From Trichosphaerium sp. ATCC 40318 (taxonomy: Eukaryota; Protista; Tubulinea): a DNA stretch of 64,000 nt. The notes under the pieces were generated by a model. It searched no databases, was not told the origin of the DNA, and worked only from the letters and a program-made list of their open reading frames with translations. The stretch is taken from contig JALMLS010000079.1 of NCBI GenBank assembly GCA_038496445.1, positions 124,001 to 188,000 of the forward strand, written 5' to 3'. The position numbers were made by a program, and so were the translations under genes. Position 1 is the first letter of the stretch; every line of letters begins with the position of its first letter. Positions 12,027 to 25,402 of the stretch are shown here, piece by piece.

Positions 12027-13086
12027 TTATTGCAAAATTAGGTTTGGCAGTGGCTGAGCAATATCTCCTCCCCATTTTGCGATAACGTTATTTATAGGCC
12101 ATGGCATATACCTCCCTGATTTTATGTAAGAAGCTATCTTTGGTAGAGCTTGAAAACGTTTGATGTAAGCTATCAAAACATCTAAAAAGAAACAATGTCA
12201 ATACGATGAAAAAAAATGAAGAAAAATTTTAATGTGAAAGAGGTACCATGCTTAGCAAACTCTTCTGGTGCGAAAACACGTAATTGATCTAGTATTTCAG
12301 CCAAATGGAAATCAGGCCATGTTAAGTCATTTGAATATAACCATGTTCTTTGTTTTAAAACAGCTTCGACTTCATTCAACTTGGCTATTAAAAAAATTAT
12401 AAAAGATGTTCGAAATATGATACTTACGCAATAGATAGGTTGCAATAAACTCTTCATTAGTCTTCCCTGATCTTCCGTAAAACTGTCCTGCAGCTTTATC
12501 ACGGATATCCTTGACCTACAAGGAGATGAGAATTAAAATTCAAACAGCTTTTTTTTTGGTTGTATTTTGCTTTCAACAAAACGAACGTACGTAGTCTCCC
12601 CACATATCTATTTCGGCGGATTCCTTGTCTGATGTACCAGCGATACCAGCTTTTTTACCTAAGTATCGTAGAATAGCTTGAGACTGTGTGATCTTGGGGC
12701 CATTCTCTAGTTTGAAAAAGTGAACAAAAACAACATTATTTTAAAGTTAGATCGTACCAACAATGAGGTAAGGCAAGTTTGGCATGTCAAGACCCAAATT
12801 TGGCTTAGCATCCAACCATAACTTTCTAGAGAAATCTGGAGCTGGTCCTTGTTGATACCTGGTATCCTACATGCGCGTTAAGAGACCGAAAAGAAAAACA
12901 GACTAGTTTTTTGTGAGAAAATGTTTAACGCACTGTATACTCCCATCCAAGGTACTCTAGTAGGTACACTGCTGGTTGTCGTAACCCTCTTATCGCCCAA
13001 TACGCTATTTCAACTTTACCTTCTAACACGTGATTAATAAAATCGTTTAATGGCTGCTTCTTACGTTGTTTCTCAATCTTTGCCAT
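12027..13086 (-). CDS. Glutathione S-transferase, mu-class-like, 6 introns
   Basis: IAYWAIRGLRQP, QGPAPDFSRKLWLDAKPNLGLDMPNLPYLI, KITQSQAILRYLGKK, LTWPDF and YIKRFQALPKIASYIKS. Confidence 0.92.
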
Positions 13087-13557
13087 GTTGTTACGTTGTT
13101 ATGTGGTTGTATTTTTTATTATGACTTTTGATGTCAATGGACTTCATTCGTTTGCGAATTCGTTTTTGTACCATTTATCCGCTAGATCCCCCGCTTGCGA
13201 GGCCCACTTGATAATACTAATATTCAGAATATCAAACGAGATATTCCGCCTTGAATGAATTCGTAAGATTCGATCGGAATGTACATTTCTCCGATTTCAA
13301 CATTTTTCTGATTGGATGTTTGTCAATTGTGTGGAATGCTGTTTTGTGTTGGCGTACACTCTTTAGTCAGGGATTTATAGCCGTTGATTGTTAAGAAGTA
13401 CTTGACTACACAATGCAGCATGAATATTACAGGTCTAATAGCCATGTGATTTTATGTGGCTCCAGAGCATGCTGACATTGATTAACAACGAAGTTGTTAT
13501 GTATCATTTTTTATATTATCAAATTTTATTCACACCTACTCCTAATGCTTACTATTT

Positions 13558-15058
13558 TTACACACAACAATGATCATGTGTTATACCAAATACAACTATC
13601 CCAATTACAAGAACTGTAAATGCAAGAACAGTGATAAGTGCCCATAATGGAAAGCCTTTTGGCCCATCACATTCATCTCCAAATACGACACGTAATGTTT
13701 TTGCGCCTGCTTCACTTGTTCCTTCTATAAGACAACCATCATTTGTTAATTGGATTTGAGAATAATCAGGGGTAGCGCAAGAGGAGGCGTATTCAAGAAG
13801 ATTGATTGTTTGTGATGTCTGAAATAGGTAAAAACAAAACGTTAGAAAAAAGCAGGAATAAGAAAAATGTTCGGGGTTTTTCTTTTCTCGTACGTCTGTA
13901 CTTGTCATTGTTATATTTCCTTCGACGAAAACGCAAAAATCAGTAATCAATTGAGATAACTGATCTATCTCAACTTGAGCGCCATTTGTGAATATGATAT
14001 CACCTAATGAAAAAATAAAAAAAAGTTAATTTTCTTCAAGCTAAAAAATGGCATCAAGAAAAAAGTTACTCAGCGTTTATACCTGTTATCACAGCCCCTA
14101 GTATTTTCGTAGTTCCTGATATTGTGAAATCAGCACCTCGGACAGTTGTTGGTTGAGCGGTTGGAGGAGGTTGTGTTGTCGGCACTGTAGGATCAACCGG
14201 TGTAGCTGTTGTAGGTGCTTCAGTTGCTATCTCAGTGGGCGCTTCCGTAGGAGGTAAAGTGAATTCGATAGCGCATCGTACGTTGCTAGTGCGGTCACAC
14301 CTGATATCGCTAAAACCTATGAAATACATCAAAATCACGTGACAAAAACAATTAAACACTAGGGTTTTTTTTTCGGTTTTTTTTTGCAAGTTTTGGGTGC
14401 ACACCATTAGGACCAAGTTCGATGCATTCTTCTGTTCTATTTGATCCATCCACAAAGCTTGGTTCATTTGCTTCAAAAAACATATCCAAAAACATCTTTG
14501 TGTCGTTCCCAGCAGCATTAACGAAGAGCTCAGTTTCTGTTATTTTTATACTGCTCTCTTGCCACGTGACAGTCGATAACGCTTCATAGCATATCGAACA
14601 CATATTATCAGTATTCCTACAAGTTCTACACGTATTTATGTCGTAAAACATCGCAGATCGCCTGGCATTGAGCCAAAATCTTGTTGTGGTGTTGACTTGA
14701 GGTAAATTATCAAAGTCAACTTTCGTCATAACTTCTACCAGTGTGGAGCTACTAAGAAGAAAATGTGAGTAAACGCTAGCTCCTTTATCGTATTTTATAA
14801 GTATTACGTTTCTTATATTACGCGTATTTAATTTATCGAGTAAAACAAAAAAAGTATCAAAGTTTAACAAAAAAAATGTCAAAGTACAATGGCTTTGAAT
14901 GGTTTAGGCTCGTTTGCGTAAAATCACGTGATATTTAGGAGCTTTTTTACGTACCGACTAGCGCAAGTGTTACTAGCCGTGTTGAAGTTCTGTAGCTGCG
15001 CGTTTAGGCCATAAAATCCAAGTAAAAGTAAAAATACTGCGTTCCATACGCTGCACAT
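13558..15058 (-). CDS. Type I membrane protein: signal peptide, C-type-lectin-like domain, Pro/Thr stalk, C-terminal TM
   Basis: Signal peptide MCSVWNAVFLLLLGFYGLNA. FWLNA...FEANEPS...EECIEL..GFSDIRC resembles a CTLD. PTEAPT stalk, then TM FPLWALITVLAFTVLVIGIVVFGI. Confidence 0.65.
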
Positions 15059-15907
15059 TGTTGGTTTGAGTAAATTTACTGGTATTTTAAGTCATGATTC
15101 TTAGTTTGTGCTTTTGGGAACGGAGCGCTAGCGGACACGTGATAACAAACCCATACAAACATACCTAAAATAGATGACTTGTCACTTCTCGAACGATTGT
15201 CTCCAATTACTCTTGAGTACTCTTGAGTACTTCATACTTGGAGATTTACTCAATGTATTCAAGCTTTTGTACGTAAGATCTTCCCCTAGACTTAATCATA
15301 GCTGGTACTTAGGAAAGGTTACATTTGTTACCTGATCGTAACGCTCTGTGGGGTGCATAAATTATGACACTTCAGGAACCATTAAGGTCGCGTTTATTCC
15401 AAAGAAGACCTCCGCTTGACGAACTAGTAAGCACGAATGAACAATAGTGTTGCACCTTGGAACCCATTGTTGTTACATTGCATCCTTAAAACCGTTATGT
15501 TTGAAACTGATTCATGGCTATATTAATAGGTGTCGTCTTGGCTAAAATGCAGCCCAATTGGTTTATCTGAACTGTTTATTGTTTTGATTTTAGCATCTGG
15601 TCCCGCGGGTCAATGAAGGGTCTGTCAATACAAAGTATAACCATTTTACATACACCAATTCTTGTTTTCATTGATTCTCAACCTTGCTCTCTAGTTCCAA
15701 ATATAGTGCTTGTACTCACTTAGACAAATCGTTAAAGCTACTATAAGAAACAGTATGGGAAGCTCAAAAGATACATGATTGATAAAGTATCTAATCAATC
15801 TGAAGCAAGTTAAGCACAGTAAAACTTATGATAAAGCGTGTTTTTTTCGCAAATCTATTAACTCCGCTTCTGATTAATAATCTCGCTACAACAATCTAAA
15901 GCACGAC

Positions 15908-18900
15908 ATGGCTGCCACAAATAAGAAACAGCTTTGGTAAACTCGTCACGTGTTTTATAAAATCAGTCTTGTTAACGTTGGACCATTAGGTCTGCTGCCG
16001 AATGTGGTGATCTGAGGGAGGTTAATAGACTACTCAAGACGAAGAGCGGTAAACAACAACTTGAAGTAACATTTGAGACAAGAGAGCTTTATCCTGTAAC
16101 ACCCTTGGCTATTAGCTCGTACGCGCAGGTTTTTTGTTTTTTCTCGCCGTTAAATCACGTGACGTTTAGCTATAATGGTCACATGGATGTTGTTAAATCA
16201 CTTATAAAACATGGGGCTAATATAAACGCTGGAGAAATAGATAGTACGTGACGACGCTCTTTGACGTTTTTTTTTTTGAAATGTTTGAGGTGTCAAACTT
16301 TTGTACTAGGCGAAACTGCTTTTCTTTGTGCTTGCACAGCTGGTCACTACGTATGATGGCGTTATTAGGTTAATGTTGATTTGAGATTAGGATATAGCTG
16401 AATTATTGTTTGAGCGTGGTGCGAGTGTCAATGCGGCAAAGTAATCACGTGTTTTTAACTGGTTTTTTTTCTGAACGTTTTTGTTTGTTTTAGTCCAAAT
16501 AAAACTACGCCTGCTATTCTTACAGCACAGAATGGACACTTGAAGATAATGGAATTAATCATTAAAGCTGGTGGTGATTTATCTCTACAGCAGAATAAGG
16601 GAAAAACGTATGTCCATCTGTTGTTATTTTTGGAATTTTCTTTGAATGCACAGCATCGTAACCTTGTTTATTAGGTGCCTGTACAAAGCTTGTGAAAATG
16701 GTACATATAAACGAGTGCGATATTTATATATTAAGCGATACTATAGGACAATATGATGTGGTTCATTGTATTTTAAAGGCAAATGATAAAAATTTTTGTG
16801 TTTATCCTTTTTCTGAAGTTTTTTCTAGGCAAACAATGACCTTGTGAATGTTCCTTCGAGTACGAATTTACACAAATTACATCATACTTAATGGTTTATA
16901 TTAGATTCTGGTATGATGCCTATACATATTGCTTCTCAGGAAGGATACAACAGATGCGTTGAACGACTCATAAGGTACTTGAGCTTTCACAATTTATGAA
17001 AATTAATATTTTCGTTTTAAGATCAGGAGCCGATGTTAACTACAAGGATGAAGATGGCTCTTCGGCACTTGAACTTGCATCACTTACAGTACCAATAAAA
17101 CTCTAAATTCTATCTATAAACTCTAAAAATAGGGTCATTTGAGCGTTGTAGATACACTGTTGTTGGCAGGCGCTGATGTAAATATAAAGAACAATAGAGG
17201 TAGAACACCCTTGTGGCATGCAATATCACGTACGCCTACCATATAAATTTTGATTTTTCGATGTTAATTTACGTCACTAGGAGACAAGGTGCGAAGAAAA
17301 GATCTAATCACTTGAAAATCTGCGGACTTTTTTCTTGTTTTTTTGGATCACGTGTTTCTTGATGTTTGGTATTTTGTTTTTTTCTAACTTGTTTATTGCA
17401 AGACAAACGTTGCATTACGGTATATATACTTAATGGCAGAGGACACAAATTGGCGGATGTACATCGCTCATTGTGGTGATAAAAAAGTTTACGATATTCG
17501 AACTTTTTTGAGAACACTTGATATCTCTAAAGGACTACTAAAGAAGAAACCATGGGATTTCTGTCCGCGTCTTTATTTTCTACCACAATGGAAAGCACAC
17601 TATGAGCGGGTAAGCATCTATTCAGAAAAAAAAAACCAAAGAAGAGCATCGATTGATGCCCTTTTTTTTTTGATGCGTTTCTGACAGCCCTTTTAGGGCC
17701 ATCCTTCGGCCACCGAATATAGAACTCTCGAACTCACAGCAGAATCACTTAAACACAATGTGCCCGTACAACATGAGTTGAAGCTCGTACGCGGACTACG
17801 TACGTATATTTCTGTGAACAAAACCAAAAAGCCAAACTACGGTGCCTAACCAAGCGTATAGTCGATAACCTTGATGGACGAGAGTTTGATATAGTCAAAG
17901 CCATAGCTATAGATAATCAAGGTCTAACTTACAGGTTCTCTAATGCATTATCAACGCTTACAGACAGACACAAGTAAGTCATGACTAACCAAGAAAAGAA
18001 AGAAAAATCAGTACTTTTGCCTTAAATCCTGTGCTAGGAAGTTTCCGCAATTATTCGCAAAAAAGGACTGGCACAGTATGTCTGGTCCTAAGCAACGAAA
18101 AGCAACGCTAGATTATCTTGATTCCAGATACGCCATAGAACCTTGGAACAACGATAAAACTGTTAAAGGTACGGCTACATAAAGCCAAGTTTGTGTTTCT
18201 CATTTATTTCTTAGTATTACCTGCCGCTCATGCAACAAAAGACGCTATTGTTTCGTCACTTTGTAGCGGCGGTTTCGGCACTGTAGCTTCTCTTGGTATG
18301 ATTTTAATGTGATCACGTGTTTAACGGCTAAATGTGTTTAGATCCTGGATGGTATGGACAAGGTGTATACTTTACAACAAGCGTGAGATATGCCGCTAAA
18401 TACTCAAACGAAAATGTCAAAGGTAAACAAACATAAAAAATGTGTGAGATGTTAATTTGTTGTTTAGCTATTGTCATCGCCTTGACATTGCCTGGGAATA
18501 CTCTTCCTGTTATAGAAGACCCTTTTGGTATGTCATCAAGAGCAGGACAAGCGATAAGAGCTGGTTATCAATCTCATTATGTCAGAGGTAACGATAAAGT
18601 TTTTGTTTTAATGTTGATCTACACAACTTTTTTTTTTTTGGTATTCAATGTATGTTTTCTCTTGACTTTTGTTTTAATTATTATGTTTAGTCGATAATAA
18701 AGGAAACCCTTGTCAATCAGATAGTAATACATCGATGGACGAGTTGGTTATTGGTCAAGGTATTAACTGAGAGTTAATTTTTTGCGAAGAAGAGAGCATA
18801 TTTGTTAACTTGCATGTTTGTTCAGATGCTCAGGCTATGCCAAAATATGTTGTTTATGTGCGAGTGAATAGAGAAAGAAGGAAGAAATTGGCAATGGAAC

Positions 18901-19416
18901 GAAGACATCGAAAAAAATCGATGAGCATCAGGAAGTCTGGGAGCATCAGAAAGAGTGGAAGTGTCAAAAAGGCAAAGTCTGTAACCAAAGTGAGTTTTGA
19001 TTTGCCTGCACTCTAGTATCAAGTACTTGTATGCTTTGTCCTTATAAAAATTATTATTAGGTACCACCTAGATCTCCTAAAACAAAAATCGGAGAGGAAG
19101 AAAAGGAGAAAGAGCGTTAGTAGAACTATCGAATGTTTTTTTTTTCTTTTTTTCTCATTTTTTTACCACTAGACTCTTCTGACGATGATGACGAACTCAG
19201 TGATGAAGATGAATTCAATATAACAAATAGAAGTATGTGGGGTACAACAGGCAAAGGAGATCAAGCCTTAACACTAGTAGACCAACTAAGGGTACCACAA
19301 CAAACTAAAACATGACCGATTTTCTATGTTCGTGTTTTTTTTTTATGCTTACTTTATTTTCTCAGAAACAAGTTCAAGATCTTCAAGACAAGCTCGCTAA
19401 AAATGGAAACCCATAA
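15908..19416 (+). CDS. Ankyrin-repeat protein with a PARP-like ADP-ribosyltransferase domain, about 21 introns
   Basis: About 7 ANK repeats (TPLAISSYNGHMDVVKSLIKHGANIN etc.). ART motifs LPAAHAT, GWYGQGVYFTT, YAAKYS, GYQSH, DELVI and QAMPKYVV. Confidence 0.85.
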
Positions 19417-19683
19417 GTATTTCTACAGAAAATTATATAACCAATGTAAAATACAGTTGGCATAAAAATATAGCAGTACTGTAGCAACAAACATATTTCT
19501 GTTTTTCAAAACCAAGCCTTTGGTTTTTTTTTTGGTTTCAGTTCCACATACACCACTTCAAAAAAAAGTAGTGTTGTATTCAGTTACGTAAAGCGGAAGC
19601 ACTTTGTATCGTTAAATACAGAGTGATGGCGTGGTGTGCTAAGGGTTGAATATCATCACGGCAGTGATAGATAATTCATTTTT

Positions 19684-19793
19684 AAAGAAAGAGATTCACC
19701 TTTACACATCGAAGTACTCGTGTCATCCTTGCGCTATAGGGTCTGCTATGTCTTACTATTGTCGTATCAACAATTATATTTATGAGGAAGCAC
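19684..19793 (-). ncRNA. Divergent U6 snRNA-like sequence (probable pseudogene)
   Basis: Exact U6 16-mer GCGCAAGGATGACACG (19734-19719), plus colinear AATTG, ACGA, AAGA, TAGCA, CCC and TTCG blocks. The ACAGAGA box is disrupted. Confidence 0.55.
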
Positions 19794-20083
19794 AACCACA
19801 CTAAACCACTGAATCAACTACACAACGCAAACTGTTATTTAAAAAAGTGTAAAAATAATTTCGCAGAAAAATTGTGGGTAGGAGAGTTGGCATTGCCAAA
19901 GCAAGCATTATCGTTGTTGGCCTCAAGTTAGTTCCTCGACATCAAAGGAATATTAACAGATATCTGATGTTTCCAGGAAGATGGCCGAGAAGGAAGTGGG
20001 ACAGCAGAGAGTCCAACAAAGTCAAACCTGTGCCAATTTGAAAGAACCTCTAACGACGCTCAAACAAAAGGAAATCGCAAAAA

Positions 20084-21569
20084 ATGTCAACACAAGACGA
20101 TAGCAACCGCATTACTAAGGTTAGAGCGGTTTTTAAGCTTTAGAGAATTGCCCTGTATTCGTTAACTGAAATTATTGACAGTGTAATCATGTATTATACT
20201 ACAATGCAATACGAGGTATAAAGACGCCTCAAAAAACACAGAAATCAAAAAAAGCTAAATCCGATGCAAAACCAATAAAACGAGGCGCAACAATCGCCAA
20301 ACACCTTGCGAATGGCGATAAGGTGGCAGAACTAATTGATGCCATAAATATGAACGAATGGTACAATACGACCTTCTTTCGCGTGGAATCAACGTTTTAC
20401 ACAGGCTAGACGCTATAAAAACGTTAAGTAGCTGGAATCGGTTTACTCTTGGAACAGAGGTTAATAAAGCAAGGGAGTGGATACAAAAACAGCTTGCAGA
20501 TATGGGGTATAAAGTTGAGACTAAATCGTTCGCTATGAGAGGCCAAGAAGGTCTCAACATTTTTGCAAAATTAGAAGGTGATTCTTTCGTTTTTCAGTCT
20601 TCGGGTTTTCTTACTATTTGTAGGCACTACTGACCCTCAAGATATTACTTTGATCGCTGCTCATTATGATTCGATATCAAACAAAAGAAAAGAAACAGCA
20701 CCAGGGGCTGTAGGTTAGCGTGATGATGAATAATTTTTCATTAAACTTTGTTAAAATGTTTTTTTTAGATAATGCTTCTGGTGTTGCTGCAGTGTTGCAG
20801 TTTGCTCGTATTTTTAAAAAACACCCTCCACCTAAAGGATCAATATTATTCTGTCTTTGGGATGGTACGAAAAACACGTGACCACATATGCCCTTCGATT
20901 TTTTTGCAAACAAAAAAAAATTGTTTTGATTTTTTTGAGTTTTTTCTTGACAAAGATTTAGGAGAAGAGCTCGGTATGAAGGGCAGTACAAACTTTTGTC
21001 AGAATAAAATGATTGATGGTACTCTTCATGATATTTCATATGCGAATATTTTGGATACTATAGCATGGAATAAATCGTTTTCCAAATTTGGTGAAAACCA
21101 AAAATTACAAATCACGTGTGAAACAAGCGAATCTTATCAACTTATACTTGATGACTTTTCAAGGGTTTGTGCTTATTTTCTACCTGATGAAGTAGTCGTA
21201 GACCAATGCACTAAGCCTTGGGGATCAGACCATATGTCATTTATAAAGAGGTAAACCTTTGGCTCTGTTTTTTTCTTTTGTGACGAGCAGACATCAAAAA
21301 AAAATTAGTTGCAAAAAAAAAATTGTATCTTGAATGTTTTTTGGTGTTTTTTAGCTTTCATGAATGAAGGGGGTATTGATTTTAATCTTTTTTTCTTTAG
21401 AGGTGTTGCTGCGGTTTTGTTGATATCTTGTGATGTTCATAAATACCCTCATTATCATAAAACAACAGATTCATTCGATAAAGTAATACCACGTGTTGGT
21501 GAATTAGTATTGCAATTGAACCTTGCTTTATTGGGATACAGACTTGGGTATAAAACAAACATGACGTAA
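20084..21569 (+). CDS. M28-family Zn aminopeptidase, 6 introns
   Basis: NIFAKLEG, IAAHYDS, APGAVDNASG, WDGEELGMKGS, LDTIAW, GSDHMSF and YPHYHKTTD. Confidence 0.9.
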
Positions 21570-21721
21570 ATACTCTAATAACAACAACACAAAAGACACA
21601 ACAAAAAATAAATCAAACAAAAAGGATTAATTACATCCAAGAGAAATACAATCATTTTTTTTTAATTGGTTTTTTTTTTTGGTTTTTACAAAATGTATCT
21701 TTTGACCTCTTTTCTGGTCAT

Positions 21722-23301
21722 CTACTTTAGCGGTTTAAGACCCATAGCAATACGCATCTTATTCATAGCTTCAACAGACATATCACGTAGTCCGCCACCG
21801 CCACCGCCGCCGCCGCTAGTCTCACCAATTTCGCCATCTTCCTTCTCAGAAGATCGTTTCTTTTTCTTCTTTCCTGTTCTAGATTTTTTGCTTCGTCTAT
21901 CATCATCATCCCTACGACGATCTCTATCATCTCTATCTCTCTTACGGCGTCTATCATCATCTCTACGACGATCTCTATCATCATACCGATCCCTACGATC
22001 ACGATCTTCACGTCTATAACGTCCATCACGGCGATGTCTATCTCCGGACCTTGACCTGGATCGTCTTCGCCTTCTATCACGATCTCTACTCCTTGATCGT
22101 CTATCTCTACTTAAACCATTAAAAAAAAATTCTCAACGCACAGGGCACAGAAAAAATGTTGAAAAAAAAGAACAAAAAATAGGTTGCTACTTACCTTCTT
22201 CGTCTATCACGTGATCCAGATAGTGATCTATCTCTAGACCTTGATCTTGCCCTTTTCCTACTTTTACGCCATCTTTCTTTGCCTTTACCATCAAGGCGTT
22301 CTCGTTCCTCTTCGAGTAATCTTCGTTCCTCCTCTGGAAGACGTTCACGTTTTTCATCTTCTTCATCTTCCTCATCTTCAGAAGAAGACTCAGAGTCTGA
22401 TCCACGTAACTCCTCTTCTAACCCAGATATACGTTGCTCTAGTTGTCCTTTATCCTCTAATGTAATCCGACGCATAAGACCTAAATAATAAAGGCGTCAG
22501 ACCAACAAGCAAGGCGTTAAAAAAAAAAGTTTTATTTTTGCTTTTCATGTCAAAAAAAAAAAAAAAAATGTAGTTTCGGATGTAATACGTGGTAAAATGG
22601 AATCGCACACGCGTTCTTCAGTTAACAGTGAGTCTACAAATTCATCTACATGTGATATTTCAACCTCTAGATATAAAGTAAGCACAAGCGAACAAGGAGA
22701 AGAAAAAACGAAAAAAGAAAAAATCCGAAAACGAAAAAAGCGCTTTTTCTTCGTTCTATTGGATTTATTCCACTTCGAAATGTACGTACTGCCTGAAGGC
22801 ATCACAAATTTGATTTTACGCATGTCTATCAGCAGTGGTTCCAAAAACTTGTATACTTCAATGGATTGAGCAGTGAGACGCAAGTAAATCGCTGCGAGGC
22901 AACGGAGGTACCTTTTAAAGGCGTCAGAAGTTAATTTTTAATGTTAAAGGGAGTAATGTACCTGTAGTCTTTATTTCTAATGAATTCGAGTATAATCTCC
23001 TTCTCTGGTTGAATTTGGAGCATTTTGAGCAATAAACAAATAAACGGCGTTGCTTTTTTATTCCCACCGTACATACCACCAACGTATTTAAGCGCTACTG
23101 CTTTGTCTACAAGCGTTTCTGCTAGAAACAAAATTAAAATTGGTCTAATTCCGTTTAAAATAACTTACATTGAAGCGCAAAGCAATGTTCCTTCCAATAG
23201 CGGCATTCGTATATGCGCGTACGCATAATCTTTTCAATAAGAAACTGAGGGTTGCCATGACCATGCACAGACGTAGCGAGAGGGTCTGATCGGTTAGCCA
23301 T
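21722..23301 (-). CDS. PRP38: Pre-mRNA splicing factor Prp38A with RS/RD tail, 5 introns
   Basis: MANRSDPLA.SVHG..NPQFLIEKIMRTRIYEC.YWKEHCFAL, PFICLLLKMLQIQPEKEI, HVDEFVDSLL.EERVCD and C-terminal NKMRIAMGLKPLK*. Confidence 0.95.
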
Positions 23302-23577
23302 GGTTATAAATTGGTTTTAGCGACCACGCGCTCAGTCTTTCTCTTCGCTATTTCACACTGCGCAAAAAAAAAAATTCAAACAAAGTCTGCCATAAATAAT
23401 GTTTTGACGTTGCGTTTAATGAGACATGGCTACCGACAGTACGATATCACGTTGTGACATACTGTTACAGTACTAAACTGTTGCTAATATGACACGGCAA
23501 AGCTCTGAGTCTCAACAATTTTTTTATTGTTTCAAGTTTTTTTTTGTTTTTTGTTGTTGCTGATTTGACGTTGAAGT

Positions 23578-25402
23578 CTATTTGCGAGTGATACCTCCTT
23601 TGCTCTAACAAAAAAAGTTTAACAAAAATGTTTGACATTTCAAAATCCACGTGAATGTTTGCTACTTACCATTGGCATGTACTTTTTGGCTTCTGTCAAT
23701 TGACGCTCAACCCACTAGGATGCAATTAAATAATGAAAAAACAAAAAAATCTTGTAAGAAAATTTGAAGTTACCCAGACATTTCCTTGACCAGAAGGTAC
23801 TCTCTTTGCTTCTTCCAAAGCAGCCTTTTTGATATGTTAATAACTGTGCTTACATAACTAGATATAATAGAACGTACTTCAGCTTCAGCAAGTTTCTCTT
23901 GCATCTTTGCAACAGCAGCGTCTGCCTATAGAAAAAAAAGTTAGATAAAACAACAAAATATCTCGTTCAAAACGGCGCCTACCTCAGCCTTGGCAGCACT
24001 AGCTGCTTCTGCGGCTTCTTCAGATTCCTCTCTCGACTTTACAGCGGCTGCATGAGATGCCTCAGCTGCGAGTCTCGATTTCTCTTAAAAAAAGTAAACA
24101 TCTCAATTATTCTCAGATACACGCTCTAGTCCAAAGAAATGTCAATAATCAAGGTACCTGCTTTTCTTGTTGCGGCTTCATTAGTAATCTTTGCAGAGCG
24201 TAGAGGTAATGGATCCTCTAAAGTCAATGTTAGAACCAAAGAAAATCCCTCAAAATACAGCTAGTATTAGGATTATTTTGGTTACCAGCTAAATGTTGAG
24301 CGAGCTCATTCTTGGATCTGTTTCTAGTCACCACACCACCAGTTTCGCATTTAGCTTTAAGATCTTCAGTCTTGGCATTGTAAGCATCCTCCAAGGCCTA
24401 AGAAAGAAAGAGTCAGAAAAAACAAAAACAGATACGAATTTCTGCGTACTTTGACTTCAGCGAGAGCTGCTCTTTGCTCTTCTTCGTCTTTCTTTGCCTG
24501 AGCGGCCTGTTCAGCTGCGGTGGCTTCTTTTTGTTTTGCTTCAGCAGCTGCAGCCTTAGCAGCGGCGAGTTTTTCTTTGGCAACGGCTGCTTTTGCTTGT
24601 GAATCGGCTAAAGCAGCAAGCACTTCTTCCAACAGTTTTTGTGCCTTTTTGACGGCCTCGCCTTCTCCCTTTGGAAAGGTGTTATTATTAATTGTTACTA
24701 ATATCACGTGCTTGTGGTCTTTTGACGAAATCAGACACAGTTTTGTTGTTACTCCACAAACAGTATTCAATGACAGCCAAACGTTTGTTGAAATCTAAAT
24801 CAGCTTCTTGAAGTTCCTATGAAAAAAAACCGTTTCGTTAGAAACCATCACGTGCCAGAACTTTTTTTACAAATAAACAACAATGTTAATTTACCTCTCT
24901 CATTGCTTTAACTGTTTTGGTCTCACCTGGGAACGTGTTAGGTTATCAGCAAGCTCAGAATGAAAAAAAAAACAAAGAAAAGAAAAAAACACTCACCAAA
25001 AAATTCCAGTACTCTGTGCGCGCTAGAAGAATATATGAGAGACTTTACTACACTATATAGACATACTTGAACTCATCTAAATCGCTACCATTTTCTGCCT
25101 TGTCGAGATCAAGCTCAACGAATTTATTCACAATATCCCATACTTTCTCGGCGTTCTCTAACACGTGTGTTAGTTTTGACGTTTTGTGGATGTTGACGCG
25201 CTTTCTTGGTCTCCCCAGTATGCCTATATGTTGTTAGAAAGCGAGAAAGAACACGTGACGGTTATCAACGTACGTTTAAAAATGCTTTGCCTTGTTCAGC
25301 ATATCTGATTGTTTGAGGTTAATGAATAGTACGTAGTATGACTTTCCTAGTGACGTACTTCATGGCAGTAAAATGACGGAAGCTTTCACCAAGTTTAGAC
25401 AT
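23578..25402 (-). CDS. Calcium-regulated actin-bundling protein family (Dictyostelium ABP34-like), about 13 introns
   Basis: YAEQGKAFLNAYW, LDEFNAHRVLE, DLDFNKRLAVIEYCL, RPQG, GGVVTRNRSKNELAQHLAEDPLPLRSAKITNEAATRK and GNVWWVERQLTEAKKYMP. Confidence 0.88.

Noticed and set aside
21666-22488. Ser/Arg/Leu-rich plus-strand ORFs
   Set aside because: They are antisense shadows of the low-complexity PRP38 RS tail.
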